Shown piece after piece: positions 28,945 to 45,089 of a stretch of DNA of 64,000 nucleotides. The stretch's first letter is position 1, and every line of letters begins with the position of its first letter. Below the pieces are notes generated by a model. It was not told where the DNA came from. It saw nothing but the letters and a program-made list of their open reading frames with translations, and searched no databases. The DNA is taken from assembly GCF_009914755.1 (NCBI RefSeq), contig NC_060942.1. One strand, written 5' to 3'. The translations under genes were made by a program, and so were the position numbers. The DNA is from the human T2T-CHM13v2.0 reference genome, Homo sapiens.

Positions 28945-29564
28945 AGCTTTTTATTTTGAAATAATTACAGCAAAAGACGTTGCAAGGCTAGTACTGAGGG
29001 GTTCCCTGTACCCTTTACCCAGTTTCCTTTGGTGGCTACATTTTACATAACTATAGGACAATATCAAAAGTAGGAAATTGACATCATTGTGTAATCATGG
29101 TTCTATGTCTTTTATCACAAGTTCAGATTTCTGACCACTGAAATCAAGATTGAAAACTGTTCCATCGCTACAAATATCTCCATCCTGTTCCCCTTTAAAC
29201 TCACTCCTTCTTCCTTACATCACCCCTTTCTCCTAATTATCCCTAAGTCCTGCAACCCCTAATCTGTCCTCTATATTTACAATTTTATCATTTTGGGAAT
29301 GTTATTCAAATGAAATCATACAGGATGAGACCCTTGGAGACTGGCTTTTTTCCCCCCACTCAGCCTAATGCACTTGAAAACCATCCAAGTGGTTGCATGT
29401 ATCAATAACTCTTTTTATTTTTGTTATTGTTTAGTATGGATCATTCTTTTTATCTCATGGTATAGATGGACCGCAGTTTAACCACTCACCCATTGCACAA
29501 CGCTTTACTTCCATCTTTTGGCTATTGCAAATAAAGCTGCTATGAACAATCATGTACAGGTTTT
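28945..29564 (-). mobile_element. L1MC-like 3'UTR (host of the L1PA2 insertion)
   Basis: ttttattttgaaataatt...tttacccagtttcc...aatatcaaaagtaggaaattgaca...ataaagctgctatgaacaatcatgtacaggtttt; continues at 35616. Confidence 0.8.
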
Positions 29565-29803
29565 TTATTTATTTTTTTATTAATTAATTAATTTTTTTAA
29601 TTATACTTTAAGTTTTAGGGTACATGTGCACATTGTGCAGGTTAGTTACATATGTATACATGTGCCATACCGGTGCGCTGCACCCACCAACTCGTCATCT
29701 AGCATTAGGTATATCTCCCAATGCTATCCCTCCCCCTCCCCCCACCCCACCACAGTCCCCAGAGTGTGATATTCCCCTTCCTGTGTCCATGTGATCTCAT
29801 TGT

Positions 29804-33629
<3,826 letters not shown>

Positions 33630-33692
33630 GATGATGTTAGCTGGTTATTTTGCTCGTTAGTTGATGCAGTTTCTTCCTAGTCTCGATGGTCT

Positions 33693-34709
33693 TTACATTT
33701 TGGCATGACTTTGCAGCGGCTGGTACCGGTTGTTCCTTTCCATGTTTAGCGCTTCCTTCAGGAGCTCTTTTAGGGCAGGCCTGGTGGTGACAAAATCTCT
33801 CAGCATTTGCTTGTCTGTAAAGTATTTTATTTTTCCTTCACTTATGAAGCTTAGTTTGGCTGGATATGAAATTCTGGGTTGAAAATTCTTTTCTTTAAGA
33901 GTGTTGAATATTGGCCCCCACTCTCTTCTGGCTTGTAGGGTTTCTGCCGAGAGATCTGCTGTTAGTCTGATGGGCTTCCCTTTGAGGGTAACCCGACCTT
34001 TCTCTCTGGCTGCCCTTAACATTCTTTCCTTCATTTCAACTTTGGTGAATCTGACAATTATGTGTCTTGGAGTTGCTCTTCTCGAGGAGTATCTTTGTGG
34101 CGTTCTCTGTATTTCCTGAATCTGAACGTTGGCCTGCCTTGCTAGATTGGGGAAGTTCTTCTGGATAATATCCTGCAGAGTGTTTTCCAACTTGGTTCCA
34201 TCCTCCCCATCACTTTCAGGTACACCAATCAGACGTTGATTTGGTCTTTTCACATAGTCCCATATTTCTTGGAGGCTTTGCTCATTTCTTTTTATTCTTT
34301 TTTCTCTAAACTTCCCTTCTCGCTTCATTTCATTCATTTCATCTTCCATTGCTGATACCCTTTCTTCCAGTTGATCGCATCGGCTCCTGAGGCTTCTGCA
34401 TTCTTCACGTAGTTCTCGAGCCTTGGTTTTCAGCTCCATCAGCTCCTTTAAGCACTTCTCTGTATTGGTTATTCTTGTTATACATTCTTCTAAATTTTTT
34501 TCAAAGTTTTCAACTTCTTTGCCTTTGGTTTGAATGTCCTCCCGTAGCTCAATGTAATTTGATCGTCTGAAGCCTTCTTCTCTCAGCTCATCAAAGTCAT
34601 TCTCCATCCAGCTTTGTTCCGTTGCTGGTGAGGAACTGCGTTCCTTTGGAGGAGGAGAGGTGCTCTGCTTTTTAGAGTTTCCAGTTTTTCTATTCTGTTT
34701 TTTCCCCAT
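33693..34709 (-). CDS. ORF1: L1 ORF1p RNA-binding/chaperone protein, intact 338 aa
   Basis: MGKKQNRKTGNSK...coiled coil...REKG, ARR, YPAKLS...HAKM; uninterrupted and of canonical length. Confidence 0.95.
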   Translation of the reverse strand: MGKKQNRKTGNSKKQSTSPPPKERSSSPATEQSWMENDFDELREEGFRRSNYIELREDIQTKGKEVENFEKNLEECITRITNTEKCLKELMELKTKARELREECRSLRSRCDQLEERVSAMEDEMNEMKREGKFREKRIKRNEQSLQEIWDYVKRPNQRLIGVPESDGEDGTKLENTLQDIIQKNFPNLARQANVQIQEIQRTPQRYSSRRATPRHIIVRFTKVEMKERMLRAAREKGRVTLKGKPIRLTADLSAETLQARREWGPIFNTLKEKNFQPRISYPAKLSFISEGKIKYFTDKQMLRDFVTTRPALKELLKEALNMERNNRYQPLQSHAKM

Positions 34710-35608
34710 CTTTGTGGTTTTATCTACTTTTGGTCTTTGATGATGGTGATGTACAGATGGGTTTTTGGTGTGGATGTCCTTTCTCTTTGTTAGTTTTCCT
34801 TCTAACAGACAGGACCCTCAGCTGCAGGTCTGTTGGAATACCCTGCCGTGTGAGGTGTCAGTGTGCCCCTGCTGGGGGGTGCCTCCCAGTTAGGCTGCTC
34901 GGGGGTCAGGGGTCAGGGACCCACTTGAGGAGGCAGTCTGCTGGTTCTCAGATCTCCAGCTGCGTGCTGGGAGAACCACTGCTCTCTTCAAAGCTGTCAG
35001 ACAGAGACATTTAAGTCTGCAGAGGTTACTGCTGTCTTTTTGTTTGTCTGTGCCCTGCCCCCAGAGGTGGAGCCTACAGAGGCAGGCAGGCCTCCTTGAG
35101 CTGTGGTGGGCTCCACCCAGTTCGAGCTTCCCGGCTGCTTTGTTTACCTAAGCAAGTCTGGGCAATGGCGGGCGCCCCTCCCCCAGCCTGGCTGCCGCCT
35201 TGCAGTTTGATCTCAGACTGCTGTGCTAGCAATCAGCGAGATTCCGTGGGCGTAGGACCCTCCGAGCCAGGTGTGAGATATAGTCTCGTGGTGCGCCATT
35301 TTTTAAGCCGGTCTGAAAAGCGCAATATTCGGGTGGGAGTGACCCGATTTTCCAGGTGCGTCCGTCACCCCTTTCTTTGACTCGGAAAGGGAACTCCCTG
35401 ACCCCTTGCGCTTCCCAGGTGAGGCAATGCCTCGCCCTGCTTTGGCTCGCGCACGGTGCGCGCACCCACTGGCCTGCGCCCACTGTCTGGCACTCCCTAG
35501 TGAGATGAACCCGATACCTCAGATGGAAATGCAGAAATCACCCGTCTTCTGCGTCGCTCAGGCTGGGAGCTGTAGACCGGCGCTGTTCCTATTCGGCCAT
35601 CTTGGCTC
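34710..35608 (-). promoter_or_regulatory. L1 5'UTR internal sense promoter and antisense promoter (CpG-rich; YY1 site)
   Basis: Minus strand begins GAGCCAAGATGGCCGAATAGG (YY1 motif intact); dense CpG at about 35100-35600. Confidence 0.85.
35165..35380 (+). CDS. ORF0: L1 ORF0 (primate antisense ORF), intact 71 aa
   Basis: MAGAPPPAWLPPCSLISDCCASNQRDSVGVGPSEPG...RFSRCVRHPFL*, ATG in gcaATGg context, donors ccag|gtgtg and ccag|gtgcgt. Confidence 0.85.
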   Translation: MAGAPPPAWLPPCSLISDCCASNQRDSVGVGPSEPGVRYSLVVRHFLSRSEKRNIRVGVTRFSRCVRHPFL

Positions 35609-35615
35609 GAAAGAG

Positions 35616-36425
35616 ATGTACAGGTTTTATGTGGATATAAGTTTTTATTTCCCTGGGATAAATGCCCAAAATGAGATTGTAGTGTTATGTGGTAAGTGTA
35701 TGTTTAGTTTTAAAAAGAAACTTTCTAACTTTCCCATTTTACATTCCTGTAAACAATGTATGAGATTCAGTTTGTCAGGATCCTTGCCAGAATTCTGTAC
35801 TGTCATGATTTTTATTTTAGCTTTTCTGATAGGCGTGTCGTTATATCTCATTGTGGTTTCATTTACATTTCTCTGATGGTTAGTGATGTTGAATATTTTG
35901 TCCTGTGCTTATTTGCCATCCACAGACCCTTTTCCAGGAGATCTCTCTTTATATCTTCTGCTCATTTTCTAATTGCATTATTTTTTTTACAGTTGAGTTT
36001 TATAATCATTTAATATTCTAGATATGAGTCTTTTGTCAAATACACGGTTTGTAAATGTTTTCTCACAGTTTGTGGCTTGTCATTTAATTCTTTCAGCAGA
36101 GTCTTTTGTAGAACAGAATATTTTAATTTTGATGATGTCGAATTTACCAGTGCTGATTCTTTATGGGTCATGTTTTTGGTGTAAAGCTCAAAAACATTTT
36201 CTAGCTCCTGAAGATTTTCTCCTACACTTTTTTTCTAAAAGTTTTATAGTTTTATGTTTAATATTTAGATCTATGATCCATCAGGGTTACTTTTTTGTAT
36301 AAGGTATGCGGTTTAGATTGATATTTACTTTTTTGGCTATGGATATCCAATTGCACCACTCTCATCTGTGGAAAAGAATATCCTTCTTCCACTGAAATGT
36401 TTTGCAGTTTTGTCAAAAATCAGTA
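35616..36425 (-). mobile_element. L1MC-like ORF2 3' region (continuation of 28945-29564)
   Basis: atgtacaggttttatgtggatataagtttttatttccctgggataaatgccc...ggatatccaattgcacc...ttgtcaaaaatcagt. Confidence 0.8.
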
Positions 36426-39400
36426 CTAATAACATGCTGTTTTGGTTGCTGTAGCCTTATAGTAGAATTTGAAGTTGAGTGGTGTGAGGACTTCAGCTTT
36501 ATTCTTTTGCTTAAGATTGCTTTGGCTATTCAGGTTCTTGTTTGATTCCATAAGAAATTTAGAATAGTGTTTTTCTAATTCTATGAAGAATGATATTGGC
36601 AGTTTGATAGGAATAGCATTGATTCTACACATTGCTTTGAGCAGTATGGCCATTTTAACAATATCAATTCTTCCAATCTCTGAGCATGGAATATTATCCT
36701 GTTATTTGTGTCATTTTAAATTTTTTTCAGCAGTGTTTTGTAGTTCTCCTTGTACAGATCTTTCACATCCTTGGTTAGTTGTATTCCTAGGTATTTTATT
36801 TTCTTCATGGCTTTTGTAAATGTGTTCTTGATTTGACTCTATGCCTGGAAATTATTGATATATAGAAATGCTAAAGTGATATCCTGAAACATTGCTTAAA
36901 GAGCTTATCAGTTCTAATAGCTTTTTGCTGAGTCTTTAGAATTTCCTAAGTATGGAATCCTATTGTCAGCAAAGAGAGATAGTTTGACTTCTTATTTTCC
37001 TATTTGGATACCTTTTATTTTTTTCTCGTACTTGATTGCTTTGGCAAGCACTTCCAGCAATGTGTTGAACAGCAGTGTTGAGAGTGGGCATCCTTGTCTT
37101 GTTCCAATTCTCAAGGGAAATTCTTTCAGCTTTGCCTATTCAGTATGATGTTGGCTGTGGGTTGGTCATAGATGGCTCTTATTATTTTAAGATATATTCA
37201 TTTGATGCCTTCCTACTCTGTTGAGGATTTTTATCATGAAGAGATGTTGAATTTTCTCAAAAGCTTTTTCTGCATCTATTGAGATGATCATATGGTTTTT
37301 GCTTTTAATTCATTTTGTGTGATGAATCACAGTTACTGATTTGCATATGTCAAACCAAACTTGTATCCCAGGAATGAAGCCTAATTTATCATGTTGAATT
37401 AACTTTTGGATGAGCTGCTGGGCTCAATTTGCTAGTACTGTTCTTTAAGAATCTTTGCATCTATATTCATCAGGGGTATTGGCCTGAAGTTTTCTGTTTG
37501 TCATGCCTCTCCCAGATTTTGGTATCAGGCTGAGACTGGCTTCATAGAATCAGTTAGGGAGGAGTCCCTTCTCCTCAATATTTTGGAATAGTTTAAGTAG
37601 GATTTGTACTAGTTCTTTATATGTATGGTATGATATGGTTTGGCTGTGTCCCCACACAAATCTCAACTTGAATTGTATCACCCAGAATTCCCATGTGTTG
37701 TGGGAGGGACTCAGTGAGAGGTAACTAAATCACGGGGGCCAGTCTTTCCCATGCTATTCTCATGATAGTGAATAAATCTCATGAGATCTAAAGGGTTTAT
37801 CAGTGGTTTCTGCTTTTGCTTCTTCCTCATTTTTCTCTTTCTGCTGCCATGTAAGAAGTGTCTTTCACCTCCCGCCATAACTCTGAGGCCTCCCCAGCCA
37901 AGTGGAACTGTAAGTACAATAAACCTCTTTCTTTTGTAGATTGCCCAGTCTCAGGTATGTCTTTATCAGCAGCATGAAAAAAGACTAATACAGTAAATTG
38001 GTACTAGTAGAGTGGGGCCTTGCTGAAAAGATACCCAAAAATGTGGATGTGACTTTGGAACTGGGTAACAGGCAGAGACTGGAACAGTTTGGAGGGCTGA
38101 AAGAAAACAGGAAAATATGGGACAGTTTGGAACCTCCTAGAAACTTGTTTCACGGCTTTGACAAAAATGCTGATAGTTATATGAACAATAAGGTCCAGGC
38201 TGAGGTGGTCTCAGATGGAGATGAGGACTTTTTGGGAACTGGAGCAAAGGTGACTTGTTATGTTTTAGCAAAGAGACTAGTGTCATTTTGCCCCTGCCCT
38301 AGAGACTTATGGAACTTTGAACTTGAGAGAGATGATTTAGGGTAACTGGTGGAAGATATTTCTAGGCAGCAAAGTGTTCAAAAGGTGACTTGGGTCCTGT
38401 TAAAAGTATTCCATTTTAAAAGGGAAACAGAGCACAAAAGTTCCGAAAATTTGCAGCTCAACGATGCAGTAGAAAAGAAGAACCCATTTTCTGAGGGGAT
38501 ATTCAAGCTGGCTGTAGAAAACTGCATAAGTTTCAAGGAGCTTACTGTTAATCCCCAAGACCATGGGGAAAATGTCTCCAGGGCATGACAGAGACCTTCA
38601 TGGCAGCCCTTCCCATCACAGACCCAGAGGCCCAGAAGGAAAAAGTGATTCTGTGGGCCAGACCCAGGGTCCCCGTGCTGTGTGTGGTCTACGGACTTGG
38701 TGCCGTGTGTCTCAGCTGCTCCAGCTGTGGCTGAAAGGGGCCAACGTAGAGCTTGGGCTGTGGCTTCAGAGGGTGGAATCCCAAGCCTTGGCAGCTTCTA
38801 CATGGCGTTGAGTGTGTGGGTACACAGAAGTCAGGAATTTAGATTTGGGAACCTCTGCCTAGATTTCAGAGGATGTAAGAAAATGCCTGGATGCCCAGGC
38901 AAAAGTTTGCTGCAGGGGTGGGGCCCTCATGGATAACCTCTGCTAGGGTGTGGAAGGGAAATGTGGTGGCTCCGACCCCACACACAATCCCTACTGGCTC
39001 ACTGCCTAGTGGAGCTGTGAGAAGAGGGCCACTGTCCTCCAGACCCCAGAATGGTAGATCCACCAACAGCTTGCACTGTGCACCTGGAAAAGCCACAGGC
39101 AATGCCAGCCTGTGAAAACAGCCAGGAGGGAGCCTATACCCAGCAAAGCCACAGGGGCAGAGCTGCTCAAGACCGTGGGAACCCACCCCTCCACCTCTTG
39201 CATCAGCGTCACCTGCACGTGAGACCTGAAATCAAAGGAGATCATTTTTGAGCTTTAAAAAATTTGACTGCCTCTCTGGATTTTGGACTCGCATGGGGCC
39301 TGTAACCCCTTTGTTTTGGCCAATTTCTCTTACTTGGAATGGCTGTATTTACCCAGTACCTGTACCCCCATTGTATCTAGGAAGTAACTAGCTCGGTTTT

Positions 39401-42400
39401 GATTTTACAGGCTCATAGGCAGAAGGGAATTGCCTTGTTTCTGATAAGACTTTGGATTGTGGACTTTTAGGTTAATGCTGAAATAAGCTAAGACTTTGGG
39501 GGACAGTTGGGAAGGCATGATTGGTTTTGAAATGTGAGGACATGAGATTTGGAGGGGCCGAAGGTGGAATGATAAGGTTTGGGTGTCCCCACCCAAATCT
39601 CAACTTGAATTTTATCTCCCAGAATTCCCACGTGTTGTGGGTGGACCTGGTGGGAGGTAATTGAATCATAGAGGCTGGTTTTTCCTGTGCTATTTTTGTG
39701 ATAGTGAATACATCTCATGAGATTTAATGGGTTTATCAGCGGTTTCTGCTTTTGCTTCTTCCTCATTTTTCTCTTTCCTCCACCATGTAAGAAGTGCCTT
39801 TCACCTCCTGCCATGATTTTGAGGCCTCCCCAGCCACGTGGAACTGTAACATCAATTAAACCTTTTTTTCTTCCCAGTTTCGGGTATGTCTTTATCAGCA
39901 GCATGAACATGGACTAATACATGGTACAATTTGGCTGTGAATCCATCTGGTCCAGGGCTGTTTTGGTTGTAGGGTTTTTATTTCTGATTCAACTTCAGAC
40001 CTCAATATAGGCCTATTCAGGGTTTCAGTCTCTTCTTTATTCAATCTTGGGAGGCTGTTTCCAGGAGTTCATACATGTCCTCTATATTTTCTAGTATTTT
40101 GCATAGAGTTGTTTATAGTAATCTCTGAAGATCTTTTCAATTTCTGTGAGGTCAATTGAAATGTCATCTTTCTCATTTCTGATTGTACTTATTTGAATCT
40201 TCTCTTTTTCTTTCTTTGTTAATCTAGCTATTAGTCTACCATTCTTGTTTGTTTGAGAAACCAATTCTTAATTTCACCGATGTTTTTACATGGATTTTTT
40301 TCATCTCAGTTTCATTCAGTTCCTATCTAGTTTTAGTTATTTCTTTTCTTCTGCTAGCTTTGGAATTGGTTTGTCCTTTTTTCTAGCCTTTTTTTCCTTT
40401 AGGTGCAATGTTAGATTGTTAATTTTTAATTTTTCTAACTTCTTGATGGAGGCTTTTTAGGGCTATAAACTTTTAATGCTGCTTTAGCTGCATCCCAGAG
40501 ATTTTGGTAAGTTGTGTCCCTATTTTTATTAATTCCAAATTATTTTTTAATTTCTGCCTTAATTTTGATGGTCATCCTGGAGTTATTCTGGAGCAAGTTG
40601 TTTAATTTCTATTTATTTGTGCAGTTCTGAGAGATCTCCTTGACATTGATTTCTATTTTTATTGCACTTCAGTTGAAGAGAGCACTTGGTATGATTTCAA
40701 TTGGTTTGAACTTATTGAGACTTGCTTTATGAACAACCATGGGGTTGATCTTAGAATATGTTCTGTGTACGAATGAGAAGAATGTGTAGTCTGTGTTTGT
40801 TGGGTAGAATGTTCTGTAGATGTCTATTAAATCCAATTCGTCAAGTATCAAGTTCAAGTCCAGAGTTTCTTTTTCAGTTTTTTGTCTTGGTGATCTGTCT
40901 TAACACTGTCAGTGGAGTGTTGAAATCTTCCAATATTATTGTATGGTTGTCTAAGTCTTTTCCTAGGACAAAAAGAACTTGTTTTATGAATATGGCTGCT
41001 CCAATGTTAGGTGCATATATATGTAGGATAGTTAAGTCTTCTTGCTGAATTGTGCCCTTCATTGTCCTTCTTGATCTTTATTGGTTTAAAATCTAATTTA
41101 GCTTATATATGAACAGTAACTCCTGCTCTTTTTTTTTTGCATGATAGATATTTCCTTTTACTTTGAGCCTGTGGGTCTCATTACACATTAAATGAGTCTC
41201 TTGAAGATATCTGAGTCTCATCTTTTTATCTAGTTTACCATAGATATATGGCATGTATCTAGATAGTGGGGTATCTAGCTCACTTACATTCAAGGTTCAT
41301 ATTGATATGTGTGATTTTAATCCTGTCTTTGTGTTGTTAGCTAGTTGTTATGTAGATTTAATTGTGTAGTTGCTTTCTGTGGCTGTGAACTATGTGCTTG
41401 AATGTGTTTCTGAGGCAGTAGGTGTCATTCTTTTGATTCCAAGTTTAGTGCTGTCTTAATGACCTCCTGTAAGCCTGGTTTAGGTGAAATGAATCCACTC
41501 AGCATTTGTTTGTCTGAGATGAATTATTTCCCCCTTAGTTTTGAAGCTTAGTTTGGCAGGATATGAAATTCTTGGTTGGAATTTCTTTTCTTCAAGGATG
41601 CTGAAAATATGCCCCCAATCTCTTCTGATTTGTAAGATTTTGCGGGGGGGTCTGCTGCTAGCCTGATGGGATTCCCGCTGTACATGACTGTACCTTTCTC
41701 TTTAGCTGCCTTTAAGATGTTTTCTGTTGCATTGACTTTGGTGAATCTTATGACTACATAGCCTTGTGTATGGTCATGTTGTATAGTATCTTGCTGGAGT
41801 TCTCTGCATTTCTTAGATTTGCATGTCAAAGGCTATAGTTATAGTAGGAAATTTTTCATGAACTATATCCTCAAATATATTTTCCAAGTCGTTTATTCTC
41901 TCTTCTTCTTTCTCAGGAATGCCAATGAGTCATAGATTTGATCTTTTTACATAATACCATATTTCTCAGGGGTTTTGTTAAACTTTTAATTTTTAAAAAA
42001 TAAATTTTTGTTTGAGTTGATTCAAAGAACTTGTCTTTGAGCTCTGAGATTATTTCCTCATCTTACTCCATTCTGCTTTTAATATTTCTGATTATATTAT
42101 GAAATTCTCGTAGTGAATTTTTCAGCTCTAGAAACTCAGTTTGGTTCTTTCTTAGAATGGCTATTTCATCTTTAAACTCTTGGATCATATTACTGTATTC
42201 CTTAGATTCCTTGGATTGAGTTACAACTTTCTCCTGAATCTGAATGAACTTACTTGTCATCCAGATTGTGAATCGGTGTCTGTCATTTAAGTAATTTCAG
42301 ACTAGTTAAGCACTATTGCTGGGGAGCTAGTGGACTCATTTGAGGATAAGAGGACACTCTGGCTTTTTGAATTGCCAGAGTTATTGTGCCGATTCTTTCT

Positions 42401-42700
42401 CATCGGGGAGGGTTGGCATTCCTTCAATTCCTTTAATTGTGGTGAAAGTAGAGTATAGTAAGTTGGCTTCTTTCTGGGTGCTTTCAGCAGGCCAGGGTTA
42501 GGTACAGGAGCTTTATGTGTAGGTAAATTCTTGTGCTTGATTTCACAGGTGTGTATATTAACAAGATAATGTTTGGTGTTATAGTTTGGGCTGCAATCCA
42601 GTTGACATGCTTGAGTAATGGCTCGTAGCTAGGCTAATACCCAGCTGCCTAGCTCTTTTGTACATCCTAAACTTTGCATCCATGCTCTGTGGTACCTCTC
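36426..42700 (-). mobile_element. Older primate-type L1 (L1PA16/L1PB era): ORF1 and ORF2 remnants, 3' end missing, split by THE1A
   Basis: Remnant peptides [19 protein letters not shown] (36426-36653), EN region (40669-41293) and ORF1 (41548-42260); no 3'UTR or poly-A. Confidence 0.85.
37631..39921 (+). mobile_element. Complete THE1A MaLR retrotransposon: LTR 37631-37992, internal 37993-39569, LTR 39570-39921
   Basis: TG...CA LTR termini (tgatatggtttggctgtgtcccc...gactaataca), ~1.58-kb internal region, purine tract before the 3' LTR, 5-bp TSD TGGTA (37626-37630 and 39922-39926). Confidence 0.95.
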
Positions 42701-43600
42701 CAGCTGAGGAAGAGGGATATTATCTCGTTATTGCCACGTGACAGTGGAAGTTCAGGTTTCCTACTTGGCCTTCATAAAGACCTAAAGAGAGAAGGGAGGT
42801 CTGCTAGTTACTGCTGGGTAGGTATGGTTTTTTTAGGTTCTTCACTAAGTCTCTGCTGATATCACACTTGTTAGAAGGAGCATGGATGCCTTGTTTTTTT
42901 TCCTCTCCATGTGGCTTCCTATGATATTGCTAGAGGGTGGCCTCATTACCGCTGGACAGTGATAAAAGTCTCTCCACCAGGCCTTCTCTGACTCCACCCC
43001 TGAATGAACGGGAAGGATTGAAAGTCTGTGCTCTCTATTTTGTCTTTATGACAACATAGTGTTGGCATTTCATTACCACCCAGTGGGGATGAAAGCCCCA
43101 GCTCCTACTCTGCCTTCTCTGATACCACCTGAGAAGAGGGATTATGGAGCTTCATTATAACCTAATATGAAATGGGAGTCCAGGTTCTTCATGTGGTCTT
43201 TGCTGGAGGGGTAGTGTGTGACTACAGTTTTTTCTGTGGTATTTAGCTGAATATACAGTTACTCTGTTATAAAGTTCTCTATTATATAAGCTAAGTTTCC
43301 TCTTTTCTGGTCCTTTGAATAGAGAGAGTCAGCTTTCCTTACAGTCTTTTTTTTTTTTTTTTTTTTTGGTCTATGCCTGTTGGTATTTCTAGGTGCCTGT
43401 TTCTCTCACACTTAGTTTCTAATATATAAGGTAAAGAAAAAAACTGAGAAAACTCACTGAAGTGTAGTTCCTGAGGTCCCCAGGTCCTTAGTGGGTCTGC
43501 CTTCTTCTTTCTTCTTTTTTCCCCTTTTTAGTCTTTTCATATTTGTTTATATGTAAATGGCTGAGGATTTTAACTGTACTTAGAAAGAAACATACATCTA
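42700..43600 (-). mobile_element. Old L1M (L1MC/MD-type) 5'UTR remnant
   Basis: Repeated gtggaagttcagg/gatgaaagccccagctcctactctgccttctctgataccac motifs and terminal tttgtttatatgtaaatgg...tgtacttag. Confidence 0.55.
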
Positions 43601-43864
43601 CATAAATTATTAAAGATCCAGAAAATAAAAGAAAAACAGTAATAATCATCCCTGTCACTTAAAATATTTTAGATGTTTTTTGTTTGCTAATAATGTTGTC
43701 CATATAATTACTTAGAGAAGGAAGAACAAGTGAGCAGAAACCAAATGGAAATAACCAAGTTTTTTGTTTAAAATTATTAACAGGCTATTATAAGCATTGA
43801 CTATGGACTAAGGCAACAGGAATTCCCAACTCCTTTATTACTGGTTAGAATTATAGATGCTCAC

Positions 43865-44460
43865 TTTAGAGGCCTCTTCTATAGCTAGGAGTACTACGGG
43901 ACACTGTTTTGGCTAATATGACATGAGTATAGAGGTCATCTTTTGGGAAGGCTTTGGCTTTTCTTGAAAATTGAGGCCAAATACAGCTAGTTATAACTAT
44001 TTCCCCCTGTCTTTTTCTCCCTAGTAACATGAGATGGCCATAGCTACCATCTTGCAACCTTGGAGGAAAGGTCAAGAGATCATGGAGATTTCATACCTTG
44101 TATCAGCAAATGACAACTTTTTTTGTAAAGACACAGATAAATAATTTATGTTTTGTGTGCTATGCCATTTCTGCCAGAAATAACCAATTCTGTTGCATTT
44201 TTGTGAAAGCATCAATACACAATACTTAAATAAATAGATGTGTCTATGCCCCAGTAAAACTTTATTTCCTAAAATGGATGGCATTAGTTAAATGGGATAT
44301 AGTTTGCCAAACTCTGCTTTATATTATTTAGCAGCTGAACAAGTGTCAGCAACTGCTTAAGTGTAGACTTCTTGTTATAAGAGAAAAATAAAACTGTTGT
44401 TATTTAAGCCATTATAGCTGAGGCTTCTTACTTGTAGCTGAATGTACTGCTGGTCCACAG
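43865..44460 (+). mobile_element. Old MLT1 MaLR LTR interrupted by MER58
   Basis: gctaccatcttgcaacc...; 3' part gacttcttgttataagagaaaaataaa...tttaagcc...cttgtagctgaa. Confidence 0.65.
44104..44315 (+). mobile_element. MER58A-like hAT-Charlie MITE
   Basis: caacttttttgtaaag...ccagtaaaactttattt...tagtttgccaaactctg. Confidence 0.7.
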
Positions 44461-45038
44461 CCAATATGCATTATCTCAAGTTTCCCACTAGAGTTCTTGT
44501 GAAGATCCAAAATATTGAAATTCATGGCATAGAAAATTAAAAGTAATCTTTTCAAAGATTACATTATACAAATGATGGCCCACTCATTCATTTTCCATCT
44601 CATAAAATAGCAGAACTACCTTCCAGGTAGAAGATGAAAAGATATTTTGCCCCTATCTCCCCACCTTTATCTGCCTCAGGTAATCTAAGCAATTCATACA
44701 ACTCAACAATTGTACCTTTATAGCATGAATATACTTAATGTGATGGTCAGAATACTTTTTCTGTCTCTACCTGTTCCCACATAGAAACACATGACATAAG
44801 TATAGTTTATGACAGACAGAAACACACAGACACACAAGTTCTGCAACCAGTGGAAAATTATAACTTCTAGGAAGCAATGAGACAGCCAGTGAAGTGATGC
44901 TGGGGTTATGTGGGGAAGGCATCCTGTTTGCCTCTTCCATTCTGGTGATAGAGAGTAGTCCTTACATGTGTTGAACACTAATCAAAGACATTAACATTAC
45001 CAAAACCTTGATCTAGGTCTTTACATAAATCATGTTAG

Positions 45039-45039
<1 letters not shown>

Positions 45040-45069
<30 letters not shown>
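45040..45069. repeat. (CA)n microsatellite
   Basis: About 15 perfect AC units. Confidence 0.95.
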
Positions 45070-45070
<1 letters not shown>

Positions 45071-45089
45071 AGGATATCCTGGCCTCTGA

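Noticed and set aside
37998-39251. ORFs in the THE1A internal region
   Set aside because: Fragmented remnants of the MaLR internal ORF with stops and frameshifts.
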